Below are positions 1-13,467 of a stretch of 64,000 nt of DNA, piece after piece; the first letter of the stretch is position 1, and each line of letters starts with the position of its first letter. The DNA lies in contig OX597814.1 in NCBI GenBank assembly GCA_951406725.2, forward strand, positions 222,208,001-222,272,000, written 5' to 3'. This DNA comes from Octopus vulgaris (Eukaryota). The notes below the pieces were generated by a model. That model did no database searches. It worked only from the letters and a program-made list of their open reading frames with translations, and had not been told where the DNA came from. The translations under genes were made by a program, and so were the position numbers.

Positions 1-189
1 AGGTGATAGCAAAGAAGAGCACACATCTACTCTCAGCGCGTGATTAGACTCGGACATTTTGTGAGGAACGCAGTTTGCTGACTATTCCGATGCCACGTAG
101 GTATCCAATCAGTCATCAACACCTACGTAGCATTGGAATAGACTGATTGAAGGAGCAAACTGAAATTTCTCTGCTAGTTCCTCAACAGT

Positions 190-1870
190 TCCGATGGAAT
201 TTTTACATTTCATGTCCTAATACATCTCCTGCTGTGGCTGTGTAGTCCTATCCTGGACAAACACTCCTTCTGGCAGATACCGTAAATGTAACGAAGACTT
301 TGCCTGGCTGGTTGTAATGTCATAGTTTCTTGTTGACGTCTTTTCTTGTCTTTCCATTTCTCCTCTCTCCCCCTGTCACTCCTTTGTGTTCCCTCTTCTT
401 TCGTGCGTCACCAATCTCCACAGTTACTGGCAACTGCTTCCCAGTTGCAAATATTGATGTCGCAGGTCTTCATGTCCCTTTTGCAAACATCCTTGTATCG
501 TAAGAATGGTCTTCCCACAGACTCAGTGCCCCTAGCAAGCTCTCTGTAGAGTATGTCCTTGGGTATTCTGCCATCTCCCATACGATGTCCAAGCCATCTC
601 ATACGTCTATGTGTGAGGAACGCAAACATGCTTGGTATTACTGCTTTCTTGAGGTCATCTTTGTTGGGGACACGATTCTGCTATTTGATGCCAAGGATTT
701 TCCGGAGGCAGGTGAAAGATATTTAAGCGACGCTCTTGGCGTGTGTATGGTGTCCAGATCTCACTGCTAAGTACACATGCCTGGTAAACCTTCATTTTTG
801 TGTTGTTGGTCAGCTTAATGTTGTCCCATGCCCGTTTGGAGAGTTGGGCCATCACAGCAGCTGCCTTGCCAATGCGTATATTGAGCTCGTCATCAAGGGA
901 TAGGTTGTAGGTGACGGTAGAGCCAAGATAGGTAAATTTCTCCAACTCCTGTAGTCTGTGGTCTCCAATATGTATGTTTGGGATGTCCGATGTAGCCTGA
1001 CCTATGATGTTGGTCTTCTTGAGGCTGATAACTAAGCCAAAGTAGCTACATGCTTGCTCAAAGCAGTTGATGAGCATTTGCAGAGCTTCTTCTGTGTGTG
1101 ATACCAGAGCGGCATCATCAGCAAAGAGCATCTCCCTGATCAGTACACATCTGATTTTGGTCTTGGTACACAGACGTGAGAGATTGAACAGTTTCTCAGT
1201 TTCCCGTCACTTCTACTGTGCAGAAACACTCCGTCATCTGATGTCTCAAAGGCATGTGACAGCAGCAGCGAGGAAAAGATGCCAAATAATGTAAGAACAA
1301 GGACACAGACTTTCTTTAGCACGTTCTTTTTTTGGAAGGCGGCTGATGTTGAACCATCGTGCTGTGTGGCGCCTTGCATATCATCATAGAAAGATCTTAT
1401 GATCCTCAGCAGCTTTGGTGGACATCCGATTTTTTGGAGCAGGATGAAGAGGCCTTTTCTACTTACCAAGTCAAAGGCCTTTGTCAGATCAATGAAGGCC
1501 ATATATAATGGCATTTTCTGCCCTCTGGACTTCTCCTGAAGTTGGTGTATGGAGAATATCGTGTCAAAAGTTGATCTGCTTCTTCAAAAGCCACACTGCG
1601 ATTCTGGATAAATTCGAGAAGCAAGCGGTTGTAGCCTGGACAGGATAACGCGAGCAGAAGACTTTCCAACAGTGCTGAGAAGAGATATTCCACGGTAATT
1701 GTTACAATCACCACGGTCACCTTTGTTTTTGTATAGCGTAATTATGTTAGCATCCCGCATATCCTGAGGGATTCTATCCTCTTCCCAGCACTGACACAGA
1801 AGCTCATGAAGGTGCTAAAGCAGAGCGGTGTTTTTGCCGGCTCTGATGATCGCTGAGGGGATGTCGTTAG
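190..1870 (-). mobile_element. Decayed RTE-clade LINE, 3' part (reverse transcriptase and C-terminal Cys/His motif), frameshifted
   Basis: Minus-strand ORF pieces carry RT motifs PLYMAFIDLTKAFDLV, LFADDAAL, KFTYLGS, RRMRWLGH..RIPKDILY, and at ~220-285 CQKECLSRIGLHSHSRRC, a typical RTE C-terminus; multiple frameshifts. Confidence 0.93.
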
Positions 1871-2740
1871 GTAGTAGGTTGCGATTTTCTTCACTATTTC
1901 AGTGAGTGACGACCCTGCCTGACATGAGTCCCGGGCTCAGCTGGCTCCGGCTGACAGTACCCGGTATGGGCCCCTATCCAGGGTTACGGAAAGGAGACAA
2001 CTTACAAAGAAGTCCGGAGTGGAGCCCGTAGGCTGTTTAGTATTCGACTCGACACTCTTCCGGCAGCTCCTGCAACCAAGCTGGTGCCAAACGTAATGTT
2101 CTGCACTCCTGTGGACTCCGTCAGCAAGGTCAAGAGAGGAATCCTCACGATTGGGCTACCCAGGATTTTCTTATATCTAGGCTAGGCCTGCGCAAAACTG
2201 GAGAGGACACTTCAGTGCTGCTGTAAAATGTAGCAGAAGACACGGGAGGTAGCAGTCATGAGTGATATGTCCATTCTGATTGGCGTAGAATATGGGCGCA
2301 ACGGGTTACCTCTGACAGTGGGAGAGACCCTCGGATCCCATTGGTTAATTACTGCCCACCTCAAGCTGGGGTCCCCCGGTTGATAAGGTACTGACACGCC
2401 ACAGGCGGCCTGCTTCATTGGGTGCTTGGAGCTAAGAGTTTGACTTGAAAAACGGCCTGCAACCGCTGCACTAGGAAAACAATCAAAAGACAAGAAACCA
2501 TTAGTCCTGCAGTAAGCAAGCTGGAGTGCCAAGACCATGTGCCCTGGCATATCTGATGACCTACTCAGGCTTGAAGACACAAGAAAGACGACCATCATTG
2601 ACCACGAACTAAAGAGGCTGGACTGCAAGAGACAAAAATCCCCCCAAACAGCAAATTCAAACAGGATTTCATCTTCTTTTGGCAGAGAAGAGGTCCAGAG
2701 GAACCTCCTCAGCATGGTGTTTGCTTTACAGTGAGAAACT
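1871..2740 (+). mobile_element. RTE LINE 5' UTR plus start of the AP-endonuclease domain, opposite orientation to the adjacent RT part
   Basis: Plus strand ~2516-2640 reads ASWSAKTMCPGISDDLLRLEDTRKTTIIDHELKRLD, matching the RTE APE N-terminus (W-N-V-R-T-M...RKTAxIxxELxRL); preceded by a GC-richer non-coding leader. Confidence 0.75.
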
Positions 2741-3756
2741 CATTACTCTCCTCAATAGAACCACATATACATACTTGCATACTAAAATCATACATGCTAC
2801 GACATACATGAATCTATTATACTTGCCCACACACACACAAAAGTGTAAAAAGTATAATATATATTCATGCCTTTGCTTCTTGTTGTAAACTAAGCGTATT
2901 CTGGAGAATAAAACACAATGAAAGTGAAATAAACAAAATTAAAAGTAGAAAATGAAAATAGGCACTAAAATCGTAGAAATCAAGCACTGAAATGCTTCAG
3001 GAACACATTGTCTGGATAAGATTGAAGATAAGTTATTGTTTATTCCTTTGGGGCTGATTTGATTCCACCATAATCTCTCTGTAACATATGAAATATATAA
3101 GTTGTTTTCTTAATGGTTAAATCGCACATTCTTCGTGTATGCTAATATATAGGAATTAAACGCATATATAGCACACCTGAATGTCTGGAAAAGGATTATT
3201 ATTTGTTTTGACATTTTAATCGTAATACCAGGTGTTAATTTGACAGAATGGTTAATTTATGAAACAAAAGGCCTTGAGGTATTTAGGTCTATATCACGGA
3301 ATAACTTTATGATATGCTTGGTTTAATATTTTGTTTAGAAACCATTGAAATTTTTAAGGGCACAAGACAACAGTATATTCTGGTTTGGCGTTAATCACTT
3401 TGTGTATGTAGATCTGGATAATTCAGAGTATAGTCGCATTGTTAGTCTCTTAACTATTGTCTGTTTTAATCTTTTAACCTCTCCATCTGCAGTTATTTCA
3501 TAATGCTGGTGTAATTTCCAGAATATGAGCCCCACAATCCTTTGAAGCATTTCGTACAAATCTGGTGGGAAGAATTTTGTTCCTATCCATAACGGAGATC
3601 TGATTTGAGCTCTGCTCATCTCCACGAGTTCCCTGAAATTCTATTTGCATATTTCGATTCTGTTTAATTTTGCTTCAATTTCAACAATGTATTAGTTTTT
3701 TTATTCTTATCAATTTACCTTTTGAAATGGCTCCTAACGTGTTGCTATTGTGGCAT

Positions 3757-3835
<79 letters not shown>
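3757..3835. repeat. (TAC)n microsatellite
   Basis: Direct reading. Confidence 0.98.
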
Positions 3836-4659
3836 GATGTGTGAAATGAGTTCGAATAATATTGCCGCCCCGATTATGAATGCTGTTGCTGTTGTAGGTA
3901 CTTGAGAGTTTCAATTGTTGTTGAACATTTTGAGGCACCTTTTACTAGGAAAAGGAGTGAAGAGTATTTTCTTGGTTTGGTCTTCAGAAAATGAAACTTT
4001 TTTCACACCATTCTGTTATAAGTGATTATTAACACACACATCATAGCACCTATAATCACAAGGAATTAACAAGTGGGGAAGATAAATACTCTAAATGAAA
4101 GAGAAATACCTCTCGCTCGATGAAGATTATTGTTACATGCGCTTGCAGGCTAAACTCAATTTCTCGTTAAAACTAAAGTAATAAGAGCAGAGATAATGTC
4201 ATCTTCAATTCCACAAACTTAAGGAGAACAAACAACAGTTTTACAATGACCGCAGTGGTCTGAGTACAATATGACCGATAGGACAACTCGCTTACTCATT
4301 GTTGCTGCAAACAGCAGTAGCAAGGTCAGCAGCATCAAAAGAATATCACTCGCTGTATCATCGTCACCATTTTCGCCATCGCAAGAAAACTAATTTATTT
4401 AAGCGTTGTACACTCACTCAGAAGATCACACACACCATACATACAAGACCTGTATGGTCCAATCAGATATGCTGTAGCGCTACTAGAGTTATAGTCACCT
4501 GTCGGACAGGTCATTTATGGAAATAAAACTATTATAGATCCATTTCGTACAGATACAATTGCATAAATGGCAAAGTGTTGGTAACTCCACTTTGGAAAAG
4601 GGTAACATATTATTATATATGTTTTGTCTATATACTGGCATTCCATTGATTATGATGAC

Positions 4660-4893
4660 AAATGCTCCAAGTGATTCGATGAACGGAAAGCCGGCTCGTG
4701 ACATCAATGTGCAAGTAGCTGAGCACTCTACAGACAGCGAACCCTTAACGTAGTTCCCAGAGAGGTTCAGTGTGACACAGAATGTGACAAGGCTGACCAA
4801 TAGAAATACAGGTGCTACTTATTTTTGCCAGGTGAGTGGATGGGAGGAACGTGAAATAAAGTGTTTTGTTCCATGATACAACGCACCGCCGGG
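4660..4893 (-). mobile_element. SINE family C (CORE-like), 5'-truncated
   Basis: Reverse complement aligns by eye with the copy at 50148-50466 (acactttatttc..ccactca.ctggcaaaaat..gggaactacgttaag..gagtgctcagc). Confidence 0.75.
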
Positions 4894-5675
4894 ATTTTTC
4901 TTGTTGGTATAAAATCAACGTGACTGAATGAAAGGTTTTTTCTTGGTATCTTTAGAGCTGATCTCACAATATAGCGGAAAGAGTTAACGAATAAGCGAGA
5001 CAGACAGACAGACTGAAGAATGAATATTGATAGACATAGAGAGAATGCACACTGCTTCTTAATCGATGACAGCTTTAAATTCCGAAGATACTCAGGAGCA
5101 ATATTCGATAGCATCTGTCGAGAAATTTCATGCACGAACTTGATATTTTTTTTATACTCTTCGCCCATACGACACCACAGGATATTCATTACCTCGGGAA
5201 TAATATAAATTATTCATCTAAGCTTTGCGCTAACTGAACTAAAGTGCATGACTAAGTGTTAAATGTAATTTCACAGTGGAAGACAGTGAAATACCAATCG
5301 CAAGATAGAAATTTATGAAACATGTGAGATGAGGATTACATCATTATTCGAAAATACAGAAAGAGTTTTGAAATGAACTCCACTTTCATATCATTTGTAA
5401 AGATTAAAACTTTGAAAGAAGTTGTCTGCTGAATTACTACAATTCCTTATATCATACAGCAATCTTTCTTTCTGCATAATCTACTTTGGCTACCAGGTAC
5501 TTACTAAATTGTGGTCATAGCAGGGAAATTATGGTTGCAAAAATCAACACTACGTCAATTGCATGCATTTTATGCATCTGAATTGCTGACCAAGATTGCT
5601 TTTATGAATGATATGCACGGAGAAAGACAAATTGAATAAAGCTGTAAAACTGATGGGTGCTATTATACAATATAT

Positions 5676-6078
5676 TCTTTTAGTCTTTTACTCGTTTCAG
5701 TCATTTGACTCCGGCCATACTGGAGCACCGCCTTTAGTCGAGCAAATCGACCCCAGGACTTATTCTTTGTAAGTCTAGTACTTATTCTATCGGTCTCTTT
5801 GCCGAGCCGCTAAGTTACGGGGACATAAACACACCAGCATCGGTTGTCAAGCGATGTAGGGGGACAAACACAGACATACAAACACACACACATACAAATA
5901 TATATATATATATACGACGGCCTTCTTTTAGTTTCCGTCTACCAAATCCATTCACAAGGCTTTAGTTGGCCCGAGGCTACAGTAGAGGACACTTGCCCAA
6001 GGTGCCACGCAGTGGGACTGAACCCGGAACCATGTGGTTGGTAATCAAGCTACTTACCACACAGTCACTCCTGCGCCT
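5676..6078 (-). mobile_element. tRNA-derived SINE family A, full length
   Basis: Minus-strand head AGGCGCAGGAGTGACTGTGTGGT (A-box-like)...GGTTCAGTCCC (B-box-like), CORE-like ACCTTGGGCAAGT, internal TA/TG tract; near-identical to copies at 19715 and 44695. Confidence 0.9.
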
Positions 6079-6494
6079 TTATAATATATAAAATAAAATT
6101 AGATCACTGTTTTATATTAGTTACTCCCTATATTCTTTGTCGTATATTTTAAAGAAGGTGGTTCAGTGAAATCGATGGCAGGGTTGAAAAAATGTTTCAA
6201 TTCATAAGTTTCTATTTCATTAGGACTGTTTAACACTCAGCTTTTCATTCCATATTTGATTTAAATGCATTTCATTGAAGTGCATAGAATACTGAACTAC
6301 ATTAGAGATCATCCCGTAAAATTTCATTAAATGTTCAGTTAAAATCTTGGAAATTGTCTGGTCCACCTGCAACATACATATATGAGGGCGCCTCTTCATG
6401 GTCATTTGAATTGATAAAAACTGCCAAATCTCTCCCAAACTGAATTTTATCTCCTTAAAAATACTTTACATACATTGGATAACGCTGCCTTAGA

Positions 6495-6902
6495 TACCTA
6501 TTTCTTTACTACCCACAAGGGGATAAACACAGAGAGGACAGACAAAGGGATTAAGTCAATTATATCGACCCCAATGCGTAACTGGTACTTATTTAATCGA
6601 CCCCGAAAGGATGAAAGGCAAAGTCGACCTCGGCGGAATTTGAGCTCAGAACGTAGCGGCAGACAAAATACCTATTTCTTTACAACCCACAAGGGGATAA
6701 ACACAGAGGGGACAAACAAGGACAGACAAACCGATTAAGTCGATTATATCGACCCCAGTACGTAACTGGTACTTATTTAATCGACCCCGAAAGGATGAAA
6801 GGCAAAGTCGACCTCGGCGGATTTGAACTCAGAACGTAACGGCAGACGAAATACGGCTACGTATTTCACCCGGCGTGCTAACGTGTGTGCCAGCTCGCCG
6901 GC
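6495..6902 (-). mobile_element. SINE family B, tandem partial dimer
   Basis: Two consecutive copies of tatttcttta..cccacaagggg..gaccccgaaaggatgaaaggcaaagtcgacctcggcgg..; head GGCGAGCTGGCA at ~6900. Confidence 0.88.
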
Positions 6903-9900
6903 TTTAAACTGGTGGCGTCGTGATACTTGAAAATCCATTGATTGTAGGTTCTGGTTCAAGGCTAACTCTGGACTAAACAACAACAACTGACTCCGTTACG
7001 TTCTTTCAGTTTTATTACTACTGCTATAAAGGATAATTTGTTCATTCGTAAAAAAAAACATCTACAATAAAAGAGATAACGTCGGAATAAAAAAATCAGA
7101 AAACAGAGGGGAAAGCACAACTTCAATATTTGAACAAACGCTGCAGCAGTTACACAATATTTGGTTTACTTTTTAATTTTCTAGATAATAAAATATCTCG
7201 TGTTTCAACAGCTTCTTGGGTATCTCTCAAGTAAAATATAATTTAATCATTATTACATAGAAATGTTGCTGTATATTTTTATTTTATCTGTTACTATTAG
7301 GCATTTAACGAATATTTGAAAAACCCGTTTTGATTAGGAAATGCAATTAGAGTCCATATGCAGATGCGACTCCATCAACGCACTATGAGATCTGTTTTAA
7401 TATCATGCCAGTTCACATCAAATTTCTCATTAAAAAATACAAGAAATTAACAAAGATTGTCATTTGAATATTTTTATCATAAACTATAAACCAGCTCATA
7501 AAGTGACAAAAATTTTGCTGTTGAACGTGTTTTTTTATTGCTGTTAATGTTATTGCCATTTTTTTCATAAGGTTTAAATTAATGTAAACCCGAATTCAAT
7601 CCAGTTTATCAATGTTTTAAAGCAACTATTTTAAATTTGATGAGTTTAAAAGGAAATAGAAGCTTCATATGCATGTGTGAGTATGTGTTTGAAAATCAAC
7701 ATTATTGTCCGTCTACCAAAGCGTGTTGACTCTATTTCGGTGCTGTGTTGCGCATAGAAAGTAAAATTGCTTCATTTTGTTTGTGTATTTATGTTTCTTT
7801 GTCTTGATATCAGCACTTATAAAATGATTGGTATCGTGCAATCCTCTGATTTAATCTTTTAGAATCAAGTACAAAAATATATTAGCTGAAACTTCAGTTT
7901 ACTGCAGTGAACAAATGTCAGCGTCCCTATAAATGTAAATAGTAATTTTGCATTTACCTTATCTCGGATTCTTAAACTAAATTTGATTACTCTCTTACAT
8001 AGTTTAGTCATTTAACCTGCAGCCATGCTACAGCAAAATTTATCATCTATATTGGTTAAAAAAAGGTGTTTTGGTATTCATGTAACTAATTGTTCTTTTT
8101 TCAATTATTTCGCAATAAATGCAAATGACGTTTTTAGGGAAAGGAATTAAATGGAATATACGAGAGAGCTAAAATTTCGAGGCGAAGAAATGCATAATTA
8201 ATCAAAAACCGTTAACAACGGGTTAATTACTCGATACACTGAGAATGACAATGTTGTGTAGTTCTTTTTAGTTTTGACTCAGCTGACAGGCAGTGAACTG
8301 AAGATATAGGTGTAATGCCACGTATTTATTTTCCCAGATATGTCATACGTCTTCCTGGATGAAGTTGATGTTGTCACATACAATTATATATTGAGGAAAT
8401 ACAGGGGATACAGTATGTAAGACAGGGCATATATTCCCTCTTCTGTCCTATTTTTCTTTGTACTCTTGTTAATGGTAGGTTACCCTAACTGAGCTGTCAC
8501 ATTAAAATAGCACTTGGTGAGACTAAAGTTGTAATGTATGTACCTTTGGGGAGGAGTACAGCCATTGTAGGTAATGCAGATTCTGTCATCGCAAATTTTA
8601 TATACCTTCGAATATGTCACTTTTAAGTGTTCATTACATTATAGTGCTTAAGATTATTTGAGGTTAGTGATGTAATAGTGTTCTTTAGAATCTGAGAATT
8701 TAGAAGTGACGATTCTATGTGACCTACTAGAATTAACTACCATATTTTCTTCACTACGTATTCTATCTTTTTTAGAGAGGATAAAATTATTTTGAATATA
8801 AAAAAAATCAGAAAAAGAAAACGACGAGCGAAATAATCAGACTCTGAATGCAGATCAAAGGATAAATTTCTGGCATAATTTGTGACTTTACTTCAGTCTG
8901 CAACAGAAGGTGTAGCACTTTCTAAAATTGTTAATGTTATTGGGAATAGCGAGGCTGTCGCACTTGCCGTTCGTTATTTCTAATATGAAGATCATTTCTA
9001 CTTGATAAAAGAAAACTAATAAAACAAATAATAAAACATAATAAAACAAAACCTTATGCAAAAAAAAAGGCACTTACTCATCTCATATCACTATCACTCA
9101 AAAAAAGTCAATTGATTTGAATATTCTTATTTGTTTGAATCTCACCAGTCCAAACTGGAATGAGGAGAATGTCATCATGTCGTCACAAAGAGGATAAAAA
9201 TTGTAATATATAAAATCGCAACTTAAATGTATCAGTTTGAACCAAATCAGCAGTAATGCGCATGTTGTCTATAAACCTGGTGTATTTTCGTATCAACTTA
9301 CAAAATATGCGCGAATTCAATCTGATGAATGTCATAGTTAGCGAGAGTAAAAAATAAAAACATTAGTGTAACTGATGAGTGATGCAATTGATAAATGTTA
9401 TAATTGGATAAGTTTAATAAATATAGTCAGTAACCACTAAATTGAGCTTAGATTCTTTCTAAGCGATAACTTTGCATGTAAATAAATTCATTATAAAACG
9501 TGATTCAAGTTCTGAGAAGTATTAGCACATGGCACTGAACGTGTTTCAGATAGAGTTGTATGAAAATTTGTAAACTTTTTAGAGGGCCTCATCTTCATTT
9601 CTAGCGGCTAAAATTTATGGCATGCTTCAAGCAAGCCTGAACCCAACATTTGTAAAATACTAATGAGAAGGACTGGAGGAAGTTGGAAAGAATACTGGTG
9701 GAGTATTATAGAAATTGAGGATGAAGGGAAACAACCATAGACAGGAAGAAATGTGAGGAAAGAAAATGAAGGGTGGGGTGAAAAAGACGAAGAAACGGTT
9801 ATTATATATTAACCCGTGTTTTCGCTAAAATCTTGCATATATCCACGATATATATTAAACTTATGGAAGTAAGTGTTTAAAATGACTGAAATACCCCAGA

Positions 9901-10202
9901 TAGCATTTGATTTCATCTATCGTGATTAAGCTTGAAACATCTAAACATCTCATGAGAAAAAATATGTAATATTAAGTTGTGCCATCGATTAAATTAATTA
10001 TATAACTCGTTTACATAAATTAGCGGGATTCCTACTTAAGTATCACTTAAAATTAAATTGTAGAATATTTGAAGATAGCGTGATTTGAAAAATTTGAATC
10101 TAAGCTCCAAGTAAGAAAACATGATTGCAATATCTAAAGGAATAAATAGTAATGGCATTAAAATATTTTGTTTTTGTAATGAAAAATGTCAAAATGAAAA
10201 CA

Positions 10203-10353
10203 AGAGAGAAGGAGAGATAGATTGAGAGATAGAAAGATAGAGAGAGAGAGAGAGAAAGAGAGATGGAGAGAGAGAGCAAGAGAGAGAGAGATTGAGAGAG
10301 AGAGAGATGGAGAGAGAGAGATGGAGAGAGAGAGAGAGGAGAGAGAGAGAGAG
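10203..10353. repeat. (GA)n-rich microsatellite
   Basis: Direct reading. Confidence 0.95.
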
Positions 10354-11529
10354 CATCCTCCTCCTCGGGTTGGTGTGTTTAGCGTACTAACCCGAAAAAA
10401 GTATTTTGTTTGACCTTTGATGTTTCGGAAAATACAGTGATTAAAACCTTTATGTAATTATTTTAAGTTTTAAATATAAAAGGAAAATATAAACGTTAGC
10501 CAAATTTTAGGCAAGTTACCGTATAATCACGGTTTTATTATCGGCTATAAAGCGCAGAACTTTTTCAATTTCTAATGCAACAATAAAGCCGAAACTTTGA
10601 GCCACAACGATTATGACTGCCAGAGTTATTTCTTGATTATTCACATTACTGATGAGCAACATACAAAAAATAAAATGTAATTAAATCCTGACATATATTT
10701 TAAAGTAATTTGAAAGTGAGATTAATGAATTTTGTAGAAACAAAATTAGAATTTCCCTCAAATTATAAAGATCGAAATACACTAGTTAATGAAAGCTATT
10801 CTACATCAATTCCATGAATTTTGAAATAAGGAAAAATAGGAACCTCTAAATGGGTCAAAATTCCGAAGCAGCATAATGGGAGCAGTTTTAATGTAAATTT
10901 ATGCGGCGGCATCCCAATGTGTTTAAGCGTGTTCAGTAATTCAACAGGGTATTGAACAACCTAATTTTGATCGACTGTTGTCATTTCTGATGTATCAGTT
11001 AAATTTTGACGAAGTTCATGATTGAGTTTATCAACCATTGCATTAGTTGCAGCTAGTATTGCTCTTTCACAGAGCTAGTTTACATCAGTGTAATTGACAG
11101 ATAGATTAGGAAATACTTTATCGATAAGAATCCTAAGTAAAAGTATCGTTTGACTACATGTAATTTCATGTAGCCGAAGCCTTGAGTTGAATGTTAATAT
11201 CCCATTACCAATCTTAAGGATCTCGTATGATCCCTTTGTAGAAGTACTGTGATGTTGCTTGTAAGATGACGTTTCTTTACATTCTCCAGAGGTACGATTT
11301 TTTGAAGCATGCAGTGACTTCATCAGCTTTTGATCCTTTGGAAATAACCGACAACATTTGACGAAAATCGCTGGAAGAACTGTTACTCCTCCCATAATCC
11401 GTGCTATTGCTTTTATGTCTTGGAGCCCCACGCTGTGACAGTGCACTAACCCCCAAACAATGAACCTCAGTGTATTTATATGTGAGAGTGCAGATGTGTG
11501 CATATGTGTAGGGTTGTCTGAGTCTATCG

Positions 11530-12230
11530 GCAACCGTATAGCTTAGTAAAGGGACCGGTGAACTGATAGAATATTTGGGCTTTAGTATTGTCAACGAACA
11601 GGTTCGTATAGTTGGGGCCCATTCTCGAGAGCCGATAGTAGAATTCATCCGCGAACGAGAAGCAATTTAGAGAGAGGAAAAGTTCAGTCAAATGAAGAAG
11701 GATAGACGTGTCAGGTTGCGGATCAGAACACAGATCTGCAAGTATTTTAGTGTTATGTGAGGGTTAACCGTTTTCACCGAGATGTATAACCGTCTATAAG
11801 GATCTTATGTCAAGGGTGAACAAGAAACTGGAATGGATGGAATGAAAGAAGAAAGAATTGAAGAGAGGAAAAGCATGGTTGGTGCTATGAGTGTGAGACG
11901 AGAGGGAAGACAATAGGGGTGCGAGGACAAGGTGGATGTATTTAGAGATGAGTTCAGTGGGACAACTGAAAGCAGAAATGATAGGTCGGCCAGGGTTGAT
12001 CGGTAAATGGTAGAGGGGTGCGTGAACTATTGACAATGCCGTTGGAGGCGGTGGTGGTAGAAGAGAAGAGGAAATATGTTCGTGAATGGTAGGTGGGACA
12101 GTTTGTTCACAGTGAGACGTGAGCTTGGTGGCGGGGTAGAGGATTATAGAATGAGGTGCTTTGCAGTTGACGTAGCGCATGAGTCCTGCAGATGTCTGCG
12201 TTCCAAACGACCACAGAATATGGCGGCAAC
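11530..12230 (-). mobile_element. Penelope-like element (Neptune-type) reverse-transcriptase fragment, degenerate
   Basis: NPGRPIISAFSCPTELISKYI..HSTNHAF..LFTLDIRSL, and in another frame ~11535-11630 SRMGPNYTNLFV..IFYQFTGP..LYG; both are characteristic PLE RT motifs. Confidence 0.85.
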
Positions 12231-12239
12231 AGATCTCTG

Positions 12240-12570
12240 ACGTAGAACTATGTGAATTCAGTTATTGAATCATTTGAATGAGCTAGCCCTGCAGTAATGA
12301 GTAAATGACTGAGCATTGGACAGACATTGGTACCCTTAACCTAATTCTGAAGCAGAATCAGTGTAATACAGAGACACAGTGTGCAATAAGGTTGTACCCT
12401 TTGAATTAGAAGTACAAACAACTGGATACACTTCTGTACAGTTTCGGTTGATCAAATTTCACCGAGTAGGTATGGGTGAACTGAAGTCAATGTAAATGGA
12501 ATTTGCATAAGAGGTCACGCTTTCGGATCGAACTCATGACTGTAAAGCGAACTATATAACCGTTCGACCG
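12240..12570 (-). mobile_element. Degenerate SINE remnants (family C- and A-like)
   Basis: Weak similarity (gactgagca..acccttaac..; gtcacgc..ggatcgaactc). Confidence 0.45.
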
Positions 12571-12583
12571 CACTACATCTCCC

Positions 12584-12626
<43 letters not shown>

Positions 12627-12725
12627 CTTCTTTCTTTCTTTCGTTCTTTCTTTCTTTCTTTCTTTTTTTCTTTCTTTTTTTCTTTCTTTTATCTTTCCTT
12701 CTTTCTTTCTTTCATTCTTTCTTTC
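12584..12725. repeat. (TTTC)n microsatellite
   Basis: Direct reading. Confidence 0.95.
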
Positions 12726-12755
12726 AAATATGTAGATGAATGCACGTGTGTGTGC

Positions 12756-12798
<43 letters not shown>

Positions 12799-13358
12799 GA
12801 TATATATTAATGTGTACATTTGTACGTGTGTGTGCGTGCATATGTGTATGTGGTGTATGTGTGTGTGTGTGCATGAGTATAGCGATTAGTAGCTGTAGAT
12901 TGAACAACATACAAATTTGTTCATGTAAGTAGATAAATAGAAAATAATATGACTTAAATACTTTTAGCAGTAATCCACCTCCATCTTTTACTTTTGTATC
13001 AAACTGCCTTAGCTAAAAAAAGTATTTATCTTTCATTCCCACACGCTATATTCCGTTGGACAATGAACCAAAGACTATTTTATTTTACTTTTCCGTCTCA
13101 CTCCAATCTCAAATTGCACCCTTGCGTAGGTTTAATCGTATAAAATACGAATAATAATACCTTTATATTCTTTTATCTCCGTTTCTTTATTTCTTCAACA
13201 GAGAAATTTTAGCCACTTTCTTATCGCCCATTCAGAAAATTGAATAAAGCGAAGTTATGTGCTTATATATATTAGATTTGTGTGTGCAAGTCTGAAAGAA
13301 AAGATAACGTCAGATCTTATGTTAAGTTAACAATAGATTATTTGATTATTTAACTTAC

Positions 13359-13467
13359 CTAAGAATGGTTTCAATTCAAAATGATGAACCTGAGAAAAAC
13401 CTTGATTGTACAGTCCTCCAACATCACTCCCCGTTTTTGAACTCAACATGCATGTTCCTTCACGGAT
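13359..13467 (-). CDS. Candidate 109-bp internal exon of an unidentified gene (IREGTCMLSSKTGSDVGGLYNQGFSQVHHFELKPFL)
   Basis: Acceptor TTTTTCTTGCTATTTACAG and donor AG/GTAAGT on the minus strand; only one frame is open; non-repetitive sequence; no homology recognised. Confidence 0.35.

Noticed and set aside
60-72. TGTGAGGAACGCA repeated at ~612-624
   Set aside because: Second copy lies inside the RTE coding region, so it is not a TSD; probably chance
3395-4015. 76-aa minus ORF and a nearby KKVSF (RVxF-like) peptide
   Set aside because: Interrupted by stops, no convincing splice pair and no recognisable family
9078-9155. Minus-strand segment with acceptor-like and GTAAGT donor-like sites
   Set aside because: All three frames contain stops; no further support
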